From the human T2T-CHM13v2.0 reference genome, Homo sapiens: a stretch of DNA of 64,000 nt. Where the stretch lies: NCBI RefSeq assembly GCF_009914755.1, contig NC_060941.1. One strand, written 5' to 3'. Positions within the stretch are counted from its first letter, which is position 1, and each line of letters begins with the position of its first letter. Below the pieces are notes generated by a model that saw only the letters and a list, made by a program, of their open reading frames with translations, ran no database searches and was not told the DNA's origin. This document shows positions 46,156-61,467 of the stretch, piece after piece. The position numbers and the translations under genes are program-made.

Positions 46156-47542
46156 TACCACTTACTCCATGAATTAAGGAATGAAGAGCATGCACAGCCC
46201 CAGGCTGGCCATCCTGGATCAGCAAGTAACCCTCACCAACCAGCCAGATTTCTTTCCTGGGAGTACTGTGAAGAAAGAAGAGCTTACACTCCTTACCTGT
46301 TAATCATGAGACTTTTTTTTTTTTAAAGTGGACATTTTGATAAACAATTAGACATCAGTGGTAACTTGTAGGTGGTTGGGTATAATTACCTTCCTTGTCC
46401 AATAATCTTTAGATTTTAAAACTACCCAAAAAGAAAAGGATGGAAAATAGCAAGCTGGGAGGGTTATTGACCTGGGTAAACCATTTGTACCCAATTTTAA
46501 AGAATGCAACAGATGATGCTGTCCTGAGCCAAAGTAGCCTGCTAGGTCCAATGCTGATCAGAAATGGCAGCAATGAGTTCCTCTATTAATCATTCAGAGG
46601 AATTCTGTATTATGATTTTAAGCTGCTGAATAAGTGGTGATCTAATTCCTCAGAAATTCCTGCTTCCCAGATCTCAGAGGAAGAGTAAAGTGCTTAAAAC
46701 TATCTATTGTCCTTTATTTCCAGGATCTCCATCCAAATACTTTATGTGGCCCACAAGGCCCTCTATGAGCTGGCCCCTGACCACCCCAATCTCCAACCAC
46801 TTTGCACTTGTCACTTTGCACTCTGGCCACAGTGACCTTTGTTCCATTTCTCATACATGTCATGCCCACGCTTGAGGCTCATGCTTCTGCCTTAAACAGC
46901 TGGTCTAAGATGACTCTGCACTAGCAACGTCCTTCCTTAGCTTAGCTTCTCCTAGATTACACAAGGAGGCTCTCCTTGATCTCCAGACTATTTCTACTAG
47001 GCTTTTTAAAACCTTGAGTACTTTCCATTTATAGCATGTACTACAGATTGTACTGATGTGTTTGTTACTATTATTATTTTATAACTCAATTTAAGGGTTG
47101 AGGAACAGCCCTTCACTCTGTCTCCCGAGTCAAGCCTTTGTCTTTTTCTTTAAGGAATACTGCTGTCTATTCTGACCCAAGTTTGTTTGGCAAACATTGA
47201 GCCCCTGGTGCATGGAAGGCCTGAGGTATATCCTGGAGGAATAGGTGGTGGGAAGAGATAAGGTCCCTAACTCTAGAAGCTGAACCATCCCTAGGCCCCT
47301 CACTGCTCCTATCTTAGCTCATATGGCCCTCTTCTCTGACTTTGAATTCTGTAAGAGTTTCAACCTCTCCTTTGATTCTTTAGGGTAAAATCCAAACTTC
47401 TAGTTCCTTTCGGGTAAAATCCAAACTCCCAGTTGGTATGGCCCTCCATAATCAGGCCCCTGCTGCTCTCCAAGGCCTTAATTCCCAGAGCTCTTCTTGC
47501 ACTAGTGAACATTCTCTTCCAAGCTTCCAGGCTTTTGCCCAT

Positions 47543-50203
47543 TGATATGGTTTGGCTGTGCCCCCAGCCAAATCTCATCTTGAATTGTAGTTCACATAAT
47601 CCCCATATGTTGTAGGAGGGACCTGGTGGGACATAATTGAATCATGTGGACAGTTACTCCCATGCTGTTCTCTTGACAGTGAGTGAGTTTTCATCGCATC
47701 CAGTTGTTCCTTCACTCAGCTCTTCTCCTTCCTGCTGCCCTGTGAAGGTGACTTGCTTCCTCTTCCAACACGATTGTAAGTTTCATGAGGCCTCCCCAGC
47801 CATGCTGAACTATGAGTCAATTAAACTTGATATCTTTATAAATTAACCAGTCTCAGGCAGTTCTTTATAGCAGTATGAAAACGGACTAATAGAGTAAATT
47901 GGTATCACAGAGAATGGGGTGCTGCTCTAAAGATACCCAAAATGTGAAAGTGACTTTGGAACTGGGTAACAGGCAGAGGTTGGAATGGTTTGGAGGGCTT
48001 AGAAGAAGACAGAAAGATGTGGGAACTTCCTAGAGACTTGTTGAATGGCTTTGATCAAAATACTGATAGTGATATGGACAATGAAATACAGCAGGCTAAG
48101 GTGGTCTCAGATGGTGATACGGTTTGGCTGGGTCCCCACCCAAATCTCACCTTGAATTGTAATAATCTCCACATGTCAACGGCAGGGCCAGGTGGAGATA
48201 ATTGAATCATGGGTGCAGTTTCCACCATACTGTTCTTGTAGTGAATGAGTCTCATGAGATCTGATGGTTTTATAGACGGGAGTTCCCCTGCACAAGCTCT
48301 TTTGCCTGCTGTCATGTAAGACGTGACTTTGCTTCTCCTTCACCTTCAGCCATGATTATGAGACCTTCTCAGTCATGTGGAACTGTGAGTCAATTAAACC
48401 TCTTTCCTTTATAAATTACCCAGTCTTGGGTATGTCCTTATTAGCAGCATGAGAACAGATTAACACAGATGAAGATAAAAAAACTTGTTGGAAACGGGTA
48501 TAAAGGTGACTCTTGCTATGCTTTAGCAAGGAGACTGGTGGCATTTTGCTCCACCCCAGAGATCTGTGGAGCTTTGAACTTAAGAGAAATGATGTAGGGT
48601 ATCTGGCAGAAGAAATTTCTAAGCAGAAAACCATTCAAGATGTGACTTGGGTGCTCTTAAAAGTATTCAATTTTATACATTCATAAAGAGATGGTTTGAT
48701 ATTGGAACTTATGTTTAAAAGGGAAGCAGAGCATAAAAGTTTGGAAAGTTTGCAGCCTGATGATGTGATAGAAAAGAAAAACCCATTTTCTGAGGAGAAA
48801 TTCAAGCTGGCTGCAGAGATTTGCATAAGGAGCCAAATTTTAATAGCCAAGACAATGGGGAAAATGTCTCCAGGGCATGTCAAAGGTCTTTACAGCAGCC
48901 CTCCCATCACATGCCCAGAGGCCTGGAAGAGAAAGTAGTTTCCTGGGCTGGGCCCAAGGCCTAGCTGCTTTGTGCAGTCTCTGGGCTTGGTGCCCTGCAT
49001 TCCAGCTGTGGCCAAAAAGGGCCAACATATAGCTCATGCTGTTGCTTCAAAGGGTGCAAGCCCCAGGCCTTGGTGGCTTACATGTGGTGTTGGGCCTGTG
49101 GGTGCACAGAAGCCAAGAACTGAAGTTTAGGAACCTCTGCCCAGATTTTGGATGACGTAGGGAAACACCTGAATGTCCAGGCAGAAGTTTGCTGCAGTGG
49201 GGAGCCCTCATGGAGAAACTCTGCTAGGGCAGTGTGGAAGGGAAATGCGGGGTGCGAACTCCTACAGAGTCCCCACTGGGGCACTGCCTAGTGGAGCTGT
49301 GAGAAAAGGACCAAGATCCTCCTGACCCCAGAATGGTAGATCCACCAATAGCTTGCAACATGCACCTGGCAAAGCTGTGGACACTCAATGCCAGCCTGTG
49401 AAAGCAGCTGGGAGGTGGACTGTACCTTGCAAAGCCACAGGGGCAGAGCTACCCACCTCTTGCATCAGCATGACCTGGATGTGATACACAGAGTCAAAGG
49501 AGATCATTATGGACCTTTAAGATTTCACTGCCTTGCTGGATTTTGGACTTGCATGGGGCTTGTAGCCCATTTGTTTTGGCCAGTTTCTCCCATTTGGAAT
49601 GGCTCTATTTACCCAATGCCTGTACCTGCATTGTATCCAGGAAGTAACTAAGTTGCTTTTGATTTTACAGGCTCATAGGCAGAAGGGGCTGGCCTTGTCT
49701 TAGATGAGACTTTGGACTGTGGACTTTTGAGTTAATGCTGAAATGAGTTAAGACTTTGCAGGACAGTTGGGTAGGCAGGATTGGTTTTGAAATGTCAGAG
49801 ACATGAGGATTGGGAGGGACCCAAAGTGGTACGGTAGGTTTAGGCTTTGTGTCCCCACCTAAATCTCATTTTGAATTATAATCCCCATAATACCCACATT
49901 TCAAAGGAGAGACCAGGTGAAGTAATTGGATCTTGGGGTGGTTTCTCCCATGCTGTTCTCATGATAGTAAGTTCTTACAAGGTCTGATGGTTTTGTAAGG
50001 GGCTCTTCCCCCTTCACTCAGCACTTTTCCTTCCTGCAGCCTTGTAAAGAAGGTATCTTGCTTTCCCTTTGCCTTCTGCCATAATTGTAAGTTTCCTGAG
50101 GCCTCCCGGCCATACTTAACTGTGAGTCAATTAAACCTCTTTCCTTTATAAGTTACCCGGTCTCAGGCAGTTCTTTAAAGCAGTATGAAAATGGACTAAT
50201 ACA
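47543..50203 (+). mobile_element. Full-structure THE1D/MSTA-type MaLR (LTR 47543-47893, internal region, LTR about 49832-50203) inserted in an L2
   Basis: Two similar LTRs ending ggactaata(g/c)a flank about 1.6 kb of MaLR internal sequence. Confidence 0.88.
48115..48467 (+). mobile_element. THE1C-like solo LTR nested in the MaLR internal region
   Basis: tgatacggtttgg...attaacaca with TSD gatgg/gatga. Confidence 0.88.
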
Positions 50204-50601
50204 ATCCCTCTTTGCCTGTGCTGTCAAGTATTCCTCACATTACCACCCTTCTCCACTTTGAGTACTCCTGAACCTTGTCAAGACCCAGTTCTAACTTCCT
50301 TTCTTCCTTTAGCCTTGTAGTGAGATGCCTGGCCCTGGAAGACTGCTTTAGGCTGCAAGTGACAGAAAGTCTGACTCAAAGTGGCTCAAGCAGTAAGAAG
50401 TTTGTTACGTCACTTAACACAATAAGTGGTGAGGCAGTTCCATGGTGAATTCAACCCTTAAGTGAGCCATAGAAGATACGGGTTTTTCTCAACTCTCCAT
50501 TTTGCCATCTTAGTGTGTCTTTTGTACCCAAGTTTATTCAGAAGGCTTCTCCTTACATGGCATGAATAGAACTGTTTATCACATATGCATGACTATATTA
50601 A

Positions 50602-51005
50602 TGTATTACTCTGGGTTCTCCTGAGAAAGAGAATCAACAGAATGGGGTGACAGTGAGAGATTTATTTAAGAAATTGGCTCACATGATGGCTGGCAAGGAT
50701 GATGTCTACAGCGTAAGCCGATAGGCAGGAGGCCTAGGGAAATGTTGATATTGCTGCTCCTGGCCTAAGGCTTCTGGAGGCAGAACTCCCTTTTTCTTTG
50801 GGGACCTTGGTCTTTTTCTCTTAAGGCCTTCAACTCATTGGATAAGGCCCACACATATTATACAGATAATCTGCTTTACTCAAAGTTTACTGATGCAAAT
50901 GTTAATCTGGTCTTAAAAAGTACCTGCCCAACAACATCCAGGCATGTTTGGTCTAATATCTGGGTAGGTACCTAGCCAAATGGACACATCAAATTAGCCA
51001 TCACA
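50602..51005 (-). mobile_element. MLT2D-like LTR inside an older MLT1-like LTR (about 50340-51230)
   Basis: tgtatta...gggttctcc...aattagccatcaca. Confidence 0.75.
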
Positions 51006-52149
51006 ATGTCTAAACCAATTACTGAGAAGAAAGAGACCAGAATCACCATTGTTGGTATAAATCTCAGCCAAGAGTAACCCTCTGGGGCTGGTAAGGGGCT
51101 CCTTCCCTGAGTATATGATGGTATGGAGGGCGAATGTGCAAGCATAGTCAGGGCTCTGCCTGCAAGACAGACTCTAGTTGTGGGTAAGGTCAGAGGAAGG
51201 CATAGGTTTGAGCAGGTAAACAACATCTGTTAAACACTTAGGCAGGCAGAATCCCAATACTGTGTTGCCTCCTTTACATGTATAAACCCTGTTGGAGCCC
51301 TTGTTACCCTGAGTCATGGATTTATGGCTTATCTTCCTCTTTAGACTGTAGGCTCACCTTTGAGTAAGAATCATGTGTGAGTTACCTGTTTATTAACCGC
51401 CCAAACTTGGTGCTCAGCACAAGGTAGGTACTCCATAAATGCTATTGAACTGACCAAAGTGGGGCATTTGCGTGCTGAATTAACCTTGTACTCACCATTG
51501 TTATAGAGCTCATATATTTTTATCCACCACAGCTTTGTTGAAGTCACAGATTCACAACTGTTATGCCAACTGACTATTATTTCTAGACACTTCAGTGAGG
51601 AACTTATGGGACGATAAAACTAGTTCAGTCATATCAAGTTCTCTCCTATTTCACACATCCATAACCTGAAAAAAATCTCAGTAACAAATTGAAGAACACT
51701 CTTAACTTTATAGTCAAGTAATAAGAGGTAAGGGGTCCATTGTTTGCCACAGGTACCCACTCAGATAAAGTAGGTCATCTGGAGTCAGATGTTAGAGCCC
51801 CAGGTTCAGTTGCTTAATCCACAAATTCTCATGACTCTTATCCTTTTCAACAGAGTTGGAGTTCCCAAAAGTTTAGAAAGTGGAATCATCAGATACCAAT
51901 CTTCTCTACCAGAAAGACAAAAGGCTTTAGACCTGTTAAATTCAGAGGATGAGGAAGTCATCTTTTAGTTGTCCACTGTGTAGAAACCCTTGACCTTATA
52001 AATTCAAGCATCCCCCATGTTTCAGGCATCTTGAGAAACCCTTACACACATTATTACACTATCCAGTTTGTAATTGTCTCCCTCTTCTCAAGCAGATACC
52101 AACAATTGACATATACTGACTCAACATGCACCAGACATGAACATACACA

Positions 52150-52340
52150 CATTACCTCCATTATGCAATTTAATCCTCAGCAAACCTCACAAGGCTGATT
52201 TAGTCCTTATCTCCATTTTACAGATGAAGAACCCAGGGAGCTGAGCTGGGTAGGTAACTTGCTGACAGTCCTACCAACAAGAAACCACAGAACCCAGACT
52301 CAAGTCCCATCAACTCTGACTTCAGAGGCCATGATCACAC
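52150..52340 (-). mobile_element. MIR
   Basis: ctccattttacagatgaagaa core. Confidence 0.75.
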
Positions 52341-54045
52341 TTGCACACGTTACTGCTTCCCATGTAGTAAGGTTTACATATATTATCTCAATTAAATTTG
52401 AGAGTGAGGAAAAGTTATTTTATATCAACATGTAAGGGGACAATAAAAATTATTTCCTGTGGTTGTCTTAGAAGCAACAACCAACTCAAAATAGGGCCTT
52501 GAACACTTTAAAGAAAGAATGTGACAACAGAGAAAAAAACATCGAAAAATGTGAGGCAGACACACAACATTTTGCAGTGACCACCCAGTTCTACCCATGG
52601 GCATGTCAATCACTACAGAGGATGTTCTCTTTACAGGTTGTACTAACTTAGCAAGACTTCTTATTACCTGGAGAGAATACCCTTTATTTCTCTAATTCCA
52701 TACTCAAAAGGTACAAGAATATAATTATAAATGTAACTTCTGAGATATCTTGAATATAACAGATTTCCTAGGAAAAAAGTATGTAAACATTCTATTTCTT
52801 TAAAAGGGACATCCTCAATTGTAAGTATTGAATGCCATTTGTCAATATTGTTTCACATGAACATAGCTTGTGCCAATGAAATTGTTATATCATTAGAAAC
52901 CTGGTCATTTCTAGATGAATTAATCAAGTTCGGTTTCTATGTTCACTGGGCCATAGAATAGATGTGCCATAGTAAATTTATGAAGTTAATAATATTCATT
53001 TCTGAGGCTATTTGGCAGCCAGTTGGCTTTTTCCTGGGTCACCCACTCTCCCTTACCATGCCTGCTTTCCTCCAACTGCAAAGCCTCACGAGTACTTATA
53101 ATTGCCCCATCATACAAATGAGAAAAAATGATGCTCAGAGGGGTTTTGTGACTTGCTTAGCTCTGCACAGCTGGTGTAATAGACTCTACAGAAGGACAGG
53201 AAAAGAAGACATAGAAGCCAAGAATGAATGAGGTGACCTGGGACTCTGCTCTTTCTATTTGCCACCAACTACAGAGACCTCAACTGACATCTCCAGCCCT
53301 CTGCTTTCAGTGCCGGAGTAGAGATTGCACACTGGCTCCTGCTGAGAGCTTTATTTCTTATTCTCACATCTGAGCAGTTAAAAATACTTTGAAATATGTC
53401 ACCTGCCTTCCCTTCTATCCTTGCCTTTTGCTTGCTTTTTCTCTTGCCTCGCTTTACTAAAGCAGCAAAAGCAAGAGGACCATTAAAAGCAAGAGGACCA
53501 TAATGAGGGTAAGAGTAGTGGGAGGAGACACAGGGACCCTCCACCTTGCTTCTGAACGAAAGTCATAATATAATCCTTGCTTTAATCTGTATTCAGTTCT
53601 CTGTCCTCTGCCCGCATGCTGACAAGATCCACTTTACCTGGTATTTTTAGCTGATACTTGGCGCGATGTGCTAAGTGCTGGCCATGGATGCTGCTAAAGT
53701 GACAGCATGTGTTCCAGCAGCTCCATTGCCATGGTCAGTCTTTTCATAGTTCCTGTTTCATTAATGTTAAGAAATGGCTCTTCCTTACTTAACCAAATGT
53801 CAGCAGACACAGCTTCGGCCCTTAATCATCCATCCCCCTGCCCCTGAGGGCATCCTATAGATTGAAGGACATTGAGACTGCAGGCTCAGATGGAAAAAAA
53901 AGTAATCTAATTGCCTGTTACTTAACAAACTTTGTCTTGATGGAGTATTCATTGCACACATAAATTAGACTGCCTCACCTTTTGCAATGTAAAATCCTGG
54001 AAATAATGCTAGCCTTCATTCTAATTGTTTTTAATAAATAAATTA

Positions 54046-54170
<125 letters not shown>

Positions 54171-54423
54171 ATGATAGCAGAGAAGCACTGTGTCCCGGCT
54201 GTCCGAGTAAGAAGGGTGAATATCCATAAAATAACCCTTTTCTACCCCAAAGTCATACTACAACAGAACCTTCCTTCTCCCTTCCCTTTTTTTTTTTCAA
54301 ATAGATCATTGATCGGTAAATATAAAAACATTTTTATTGAAAGTTCTCTGATATTTTAATTGATGTTAAAGAGATAGTAATTATGTATTTAAGTCCCCTG
54401 CTACCTGTCCTCATCATCTTCCC

Positions 54424-54426
<3 letters not shown>

Positions 54427-54470
<44 letters not shown>

Positions 54471-54480
54471 CACACACACA
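54427..54480. repeat. (CA)n microsatellite, about 21 perfect units plus 5; reads (UG)n in CA10 pre-mRNA
   Basis: Seen directly. Confidence 0.97.
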
Positions 54481-56329
54481 GTGCTCCTGCTGAAACTGAG
54501 GAGACAGTAGGCAGATCCCATCCATGTATGTCCATGGAACCCTTGTTTTGGGAGAGATTGAAGTTTGCTGAGGGAGCCAGTCTGGAAGGCTGAAAGGTAT
54601 ACCCAGCCAGCTTTCCTTAGGTCCCAGGAAAATGAAAACAAGAATATAAATAACTGTGGTGGAGGTTTTTGACATCACAGGCAAAAAGGGCAGAGGGCTC
54701 AAGATATTGGAAAATATCGTGGAGATCTGTAAGCTCATGCTGACATGACCTCAGGGAAACCCTTGAATTCATGACAGTTGACAAGTGAATTGGGGCAATG
54801 CCATTACACATGCACACAAACCCCAAAGTATACATGATACATAAATTTATGCTTATCCCTTTATTAAACTACATTCATATTTCAATTCCCAGACACATTG
54901 GAAGAAAATAAGTGAATCAATCATATTTGTAATTTGGCTACTATTAATGTTAAATCTTAACTTTTTTCTTTTCTTCTTTAAATCTGGTGGGGGTTTTTTT
55001 CCAGCCTTCCTCTTCAAAGTTCTAGGGAAAAGACTCATCATTCTGAGTTAGAAAGAATGGGTATAAGACAATGGGTTTGAATGCAAGGCTTTGTATAGAG
55101 AGAAGATTTACTAGATTTCTCTAGTTTCCAGATAAGCTTGGACTGTTTAGCTTCAAGTCTCTTCTTATAGTATAGTGAAGATACTTTTTCTTCCTATGAT
55201 ATTAAGAGCCCTGAGGCTTGTATCTTTGTGGTTGAAGGAGATTTTCTGACATAGGATGAGTGAAACTGAAGCCCACTCCTTCTGGAACTGACAGTGGGCT
55301 TAGGGGACTTTAAAAACAAATAGAAGAGAGACAAAGAGCTTATTTAAGACTCTGGAAAAAATAACACCTTTAAATTTGCCCAGCACAAATCTCAGGCATG
55401 GACACACAAAAGTATCCTGGATTTCCTGGTATTCTTATTGCCCCTGTGGTGTGGATAGAGTTCAGACATTTCCATAGCCCTTGAGGAAGATCCCGAGGTC
55501 AGCTGAGTTGGAAGCCAATGCATCTGCTCTGGGACAGCAGGCAAAGGAGGAAGTCACCTCAAAGCAGAAGCCAGAAAGGTTCTGTCCAACCAGGGAGTCA
55601 GGCGGAAGATTCAACTGAGACTCTGGGAATTTGCAGCACCAGGGAAAGACAAGGAGATTTGAAGTCAGCCAGGAGGTCTTTAGACCCGACCAAGCCAAGA
55701 AACCAAATCAAGGTTTGGATATGGCTGCAAAATTCCCCAAGTGGGTAGACAACATTTCTCTAGAGTTCAGAAAGGGTTCTGATTCTTCCTCTGGGTCTTG
55801 GTATTGCCTGACTCACCCTCCTTCTCCCCCAATTCGTTAGACAGTCATCATAGGAGCCAGAGGAGAATCCCAAAGGCTTAGAAACCTGTGAGATCAGATA
55901 TCTAATGGCCCTCTTATGAAACAACTACTTTGTAATGCTCACCTTGAGTATAATTAAATAAAATTCACGGACAGTACAACCTACTAAAAAACAACAACAA
56001 GAAAACCAAACCCCAAACCTGATAATTCTCTAAACTTCAGCCTAGCTCTGCTAGACATGTAAAATGTCTCAAGCCTGGGAAAAATGCATGTTTCTAAGAT
56101 CTTAAAAGCATTGAACTATAAACATCACCTAACAGTTTTGCATCAGAGATAAGCCAGGACTGGTTTTCCTTATAACAGGCAAAAACTTCAGAGTTTTATA
56201 AAAACTCACACCAAGTTTTATCCAGTCAGGATTACTGACTGTCATCAAACAATTTAAACCATAAATCCAGCCTTCTCTCTTTATTCTACGAGACAGTCAT
56301 TGGGGAAGCTGCATTATCTTGCATGTGTT

Positions 56330-57502
56330 TCATTACCCCAAATAAATATACACTTAGCACTCAATTTTTGTTTTACATTAAGCTTTTTACCTAATTATTT
56401 TACAAAAAAATTTTTACAGTGTTTACACATCACTTTAAAAATTTAATGTAGTGCTTTAACTATAAATAAAAGAAATGTAATTTATAATAATATATATTTC
56501 AATGTGAAAATGCTTGAGTATGATACACTAGAACAGAGATTGGAAAACTTGTGCCTGCTAGCCAAATATGGCCCATTGCCTGTTTCTGTACTGCACAAGA
56601 GCTAAAAATGAATTTACATTTTTAAATGGTTGAAAAAAAAGGGTTGAAAAAAATGTTTTGACATGTTAAAATTATATTACATTCAAATTTCAGTGTCCAT
56701 AATGTTTTATTGCCAAATAGCCAAACATATTTATTTACATAGTCTCTAGAGTTGCTTTCTCACTACAATGGCAGAGTGGAATAGTTATGACAGAGACCAT
56801 TTGGCCCACAAAGCCTAAAATGTTTCCTCCATGGCTCTTTACTGAAAAAATTTGTTGAGTGCTAATTTACATACATAATTTCAAAAGGAAAAACAATCAA
56901 TATAATCAATATAGTGCTTTAACTATAATACAAGGGGGAAATACAAGGAACATAATGTAAAACAAAATATTATATATTTCAATATGTAAATACCTGGGCA
57001 TGGTGCACTAGAAGAAGATAAAATGAAGAAGTTGGATGCTTAATTAACACAGACACAAATAACAACTTCATATTATATTAGAGATTCCAGAATCCACAAG
57101 TGGCATTTCTCTCAATGGTATGTGGTTTTCCAAAATAGTGAACTCTTGGGAAAGATTAGAACACAATTAAGTACCACCTTCTCTTGATTTACATGATCTT
57201 TGCATTGCTAAAGAACCAGGTATAATAAAACTTTGTAAGACATGCTTTGTGTGTATATGCAAAATGGAGTTTGATTGGAGGGTCAAATAAATAAAACAGT
57301 TTTTCCAATCACTTGAATGTCTGTTGGGACATGGGATAATTTATCGTTGTTTCTAACTATCTAATATGTTGCAGAGCATAGCATCTCTGTCCCCCTTTAG
57401 TTGTTGCTAATTGCCACTCTTTCATTATAACAATCTTAAGTGCCCTCACCCATTTCCAAAATATTCCCCCAGAAACGGTGACATCCCTATTGACAGTCAC
57501 TG
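56330..57502. mobile_element. Old hAT relic (MER20B-like) hosting MER58B
   Basis: Terminal ...cccatttccaaaa...ctattgacagtcactg resembles a MER20-family end; the left boundary is uncertain. Confidence 0.5.
56534..56862. mobile_element. MER58B (hAT-Charlie)
   Basis: gccaaatatggcccattgcctgtttctgtac...gacagagaccatttggcccacaaagcctaaaa. Confidence 0.8.
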
Positions 57503-58032
57503 ACCTAAAGGTGCTATTTATAGTACTTACATGTGCTAAAAGAGGATAAAATGAAACATTATGTTGAACACTAGAGGATAGCGCTTTGTCTAAGTAGACA
57601 AAAGATACATCTTTCCCCATCTATCTGAATTGTAGTGTCATATGGAATACATTTGCCACCCCATTACCCCATTATATGTTCAAATATTTTTTCTACTCTT
57701 TCCTGCCATTTGACCATATCATTAAGAAACTTTCATTTCTACAAGGGATAAAGCAGTAAGGAAAAAAGAGAAAGCATACATGCATGTTGTCAAGACGGCA
57801 AAAAAGGGAAAGCTAACTCTAATAAAACCTGAGTAAGATGACTAGGTTCTCAGATTTTTAGATGCATTCCTAGTCCCTCTTTTTATCTCTCTTCTTACAT
57901 GTGCATATCTTCCACACTCCCCTCTAAGGACAACCTATCAGTCGAACTGAAATATCAATTTAAGAAACATCTATCTAGAAGGAAGAAGAAAGAAGCCCCT
58001 GGGTAAGTAAGAGTATTGGCACTGACAAGATT

Positions 58033-59056
58033 ATCACCAAAAGCTTCTGTTCCATCCAGAAAGTTGCAAAACACTTTGCTCTTTCTTCATCTCCAATCAT
58101 TGCTTCTTTGGCTATCACATCCATTCAGAAGCAGAACTATGTAAGATTTTAGCAGGTAATAAGACAATCAGACCATCTGAATAAAGCCTATTGTAATAGT
58201 AGAACTGCAGAGCTCCTGTTAGCTGTCTTTGATGTGCATTGTGAAGAACCACATTCACCCTCCAAAAATCAATCAGCTGGAAGAGCCCATTTGATGTCTA
58301 TCAATTACAAAATTTAATGGCTGCAGACTAGAAGAAAATAAAGATGATTTATGTAATGTTTTCAAATTCCCTTGGATGCTCAGGCTGGCCTCATACTGTT
58401 TGGTAATTTAGAAAGACAGGATGGCACATTTAAAAAGGTACCTCACTTAAAGTTCTGCCACAGTACTACAAGAAGTTTATTATAGATGGATCTCCTAGAG
58501 AAATACAGGATTCTTATTTTAACGCCTCCCACCAGATCCTTGGTAGTCATCTTGTTGTTGTTTACATGTGATTTGAAGTGAGTGAAGAGCTGATTGAGAA
58601 TTCCTCAGAGCAAACAGGTGAACAGAGAGCCGCCTGAGCTTTTACAGCATTCTATGCTCCTCTTTGCCTAGGTATGGATCAGAATTTTTTAATGTGCAAC
58701 CAGCCCCTGGGAAAAATCCAGGTGTCTAATTAAAAAAATTGTGTTGACAATAAAAATTGTCATCACTGCCAGAGGAAAAGATATACATAGCAAGGAAAAA
58801 TCTATTTCAGTTTTATTCTTGGTTTATTTTTCACTGTGGCAGTTTGAGAACTGATGATTTTCCAAAGGAAACTCTGAATCTCAGAATTTTGAGAGACAAT
58901 GTTCATTGCTCCAATGGCTTCTTATACAAGTGAGCAGAATTATCTTACATAATTCTACTTCTGAATGAATGGGATAGCTGAAGAAGTCATCGTTGGGGAT
59001 GAAGAAAGAGCAAAGTGTTTTGCAACTTTCTGGATGGAACAGAGGCTTTTGGTGAT
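58033..59056. repeat. Non-TE inverted repeat with 115-bp arms (58033-58147 and 58942-59056)
   Basis: 103/115 identity by manual alignment, including a 46-bp perfect run. Confidence 0.95.
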
Positions 59057-59109
59057 CCCTTCTTGCACAGAGAAGGGAACCTCACTTGTAAGAGGTTGGG
59101 GTCTTAAAA

Positions 59110-59323
59110 CAGAGGTCAGCAAATTTTTTCCATAAAGGGCGACATAATACATGTTTTAGGCTTTGAAGCCCATACTATTTCTGTGCCAACTGCTCCACTT
59201 TGCCATTGTAGCACAAAAACAGCTGTATACAATATGCAGGGGTGTAGCTGTGTGCCAGTACAATTTTATTTATGAAAACAAAGAGCTGGATTTGATCTGT
59301 AGGCCATAGTTTGCTCAGTTCTG
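59110..59323. mobile_element. MER58A
   Basis: cagaggtcagcaaatttttt...ggccatagtttgctcagttctg. Confidence 0.82.
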
Positions 59324-59704
59324 TCTTGGATCTAAAAGATTTTTGTTATCCAGTTCTGTTTCTTACTTAAATGTTCAGAAGTGAGCTACTTTACAAAAAA
59401 AAAAAAAAAATCAGAATGTTGAAATATATGGGTTTCTAATTACATGTGCCTGATATCTGATCAGTATGTACTGCAGAAGGTATCTATCATACTAAATCTT
59501 TTCCAGATCTGAAATTGGTCACCAGCATCTACATAAAATTGAATATTTCCCTCTCTCCACCCGATTTCCATTGGGCTAAACCACCAAAGCTGGTGGAGCT
59601 TTATATAAACAAGGCCTACAACCCATGCTGGGTTTTTCAAACCAGTCAATAAAGACCTGAACAATATCTTGATCCCCTTTTGTTCTTCCCACAAGTCCAT
59701 AAAC

Positions 59705-61467
<1,763 letters not shown>

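Noticed and set aside
46290-46310. Minus-strand CAG|GTAAGG as an exon end or recursive splice site
   Set aside because: There is no adjacent polypyrimidine tract or convincing upstream acceptor.
47378-47434. 29-bp tandem duplication; also an 18-bp tandem at 53467-53502
   Set aside because: These are ordinary slippage duplications with only two units and no spacers, so they are not CRISPR-like.
55466-55712. Possible plus-strand exon (ag...gtttgg)
   Set aside because: It has no polypyrimidine tract, a weak donor and no recognisable peptide.
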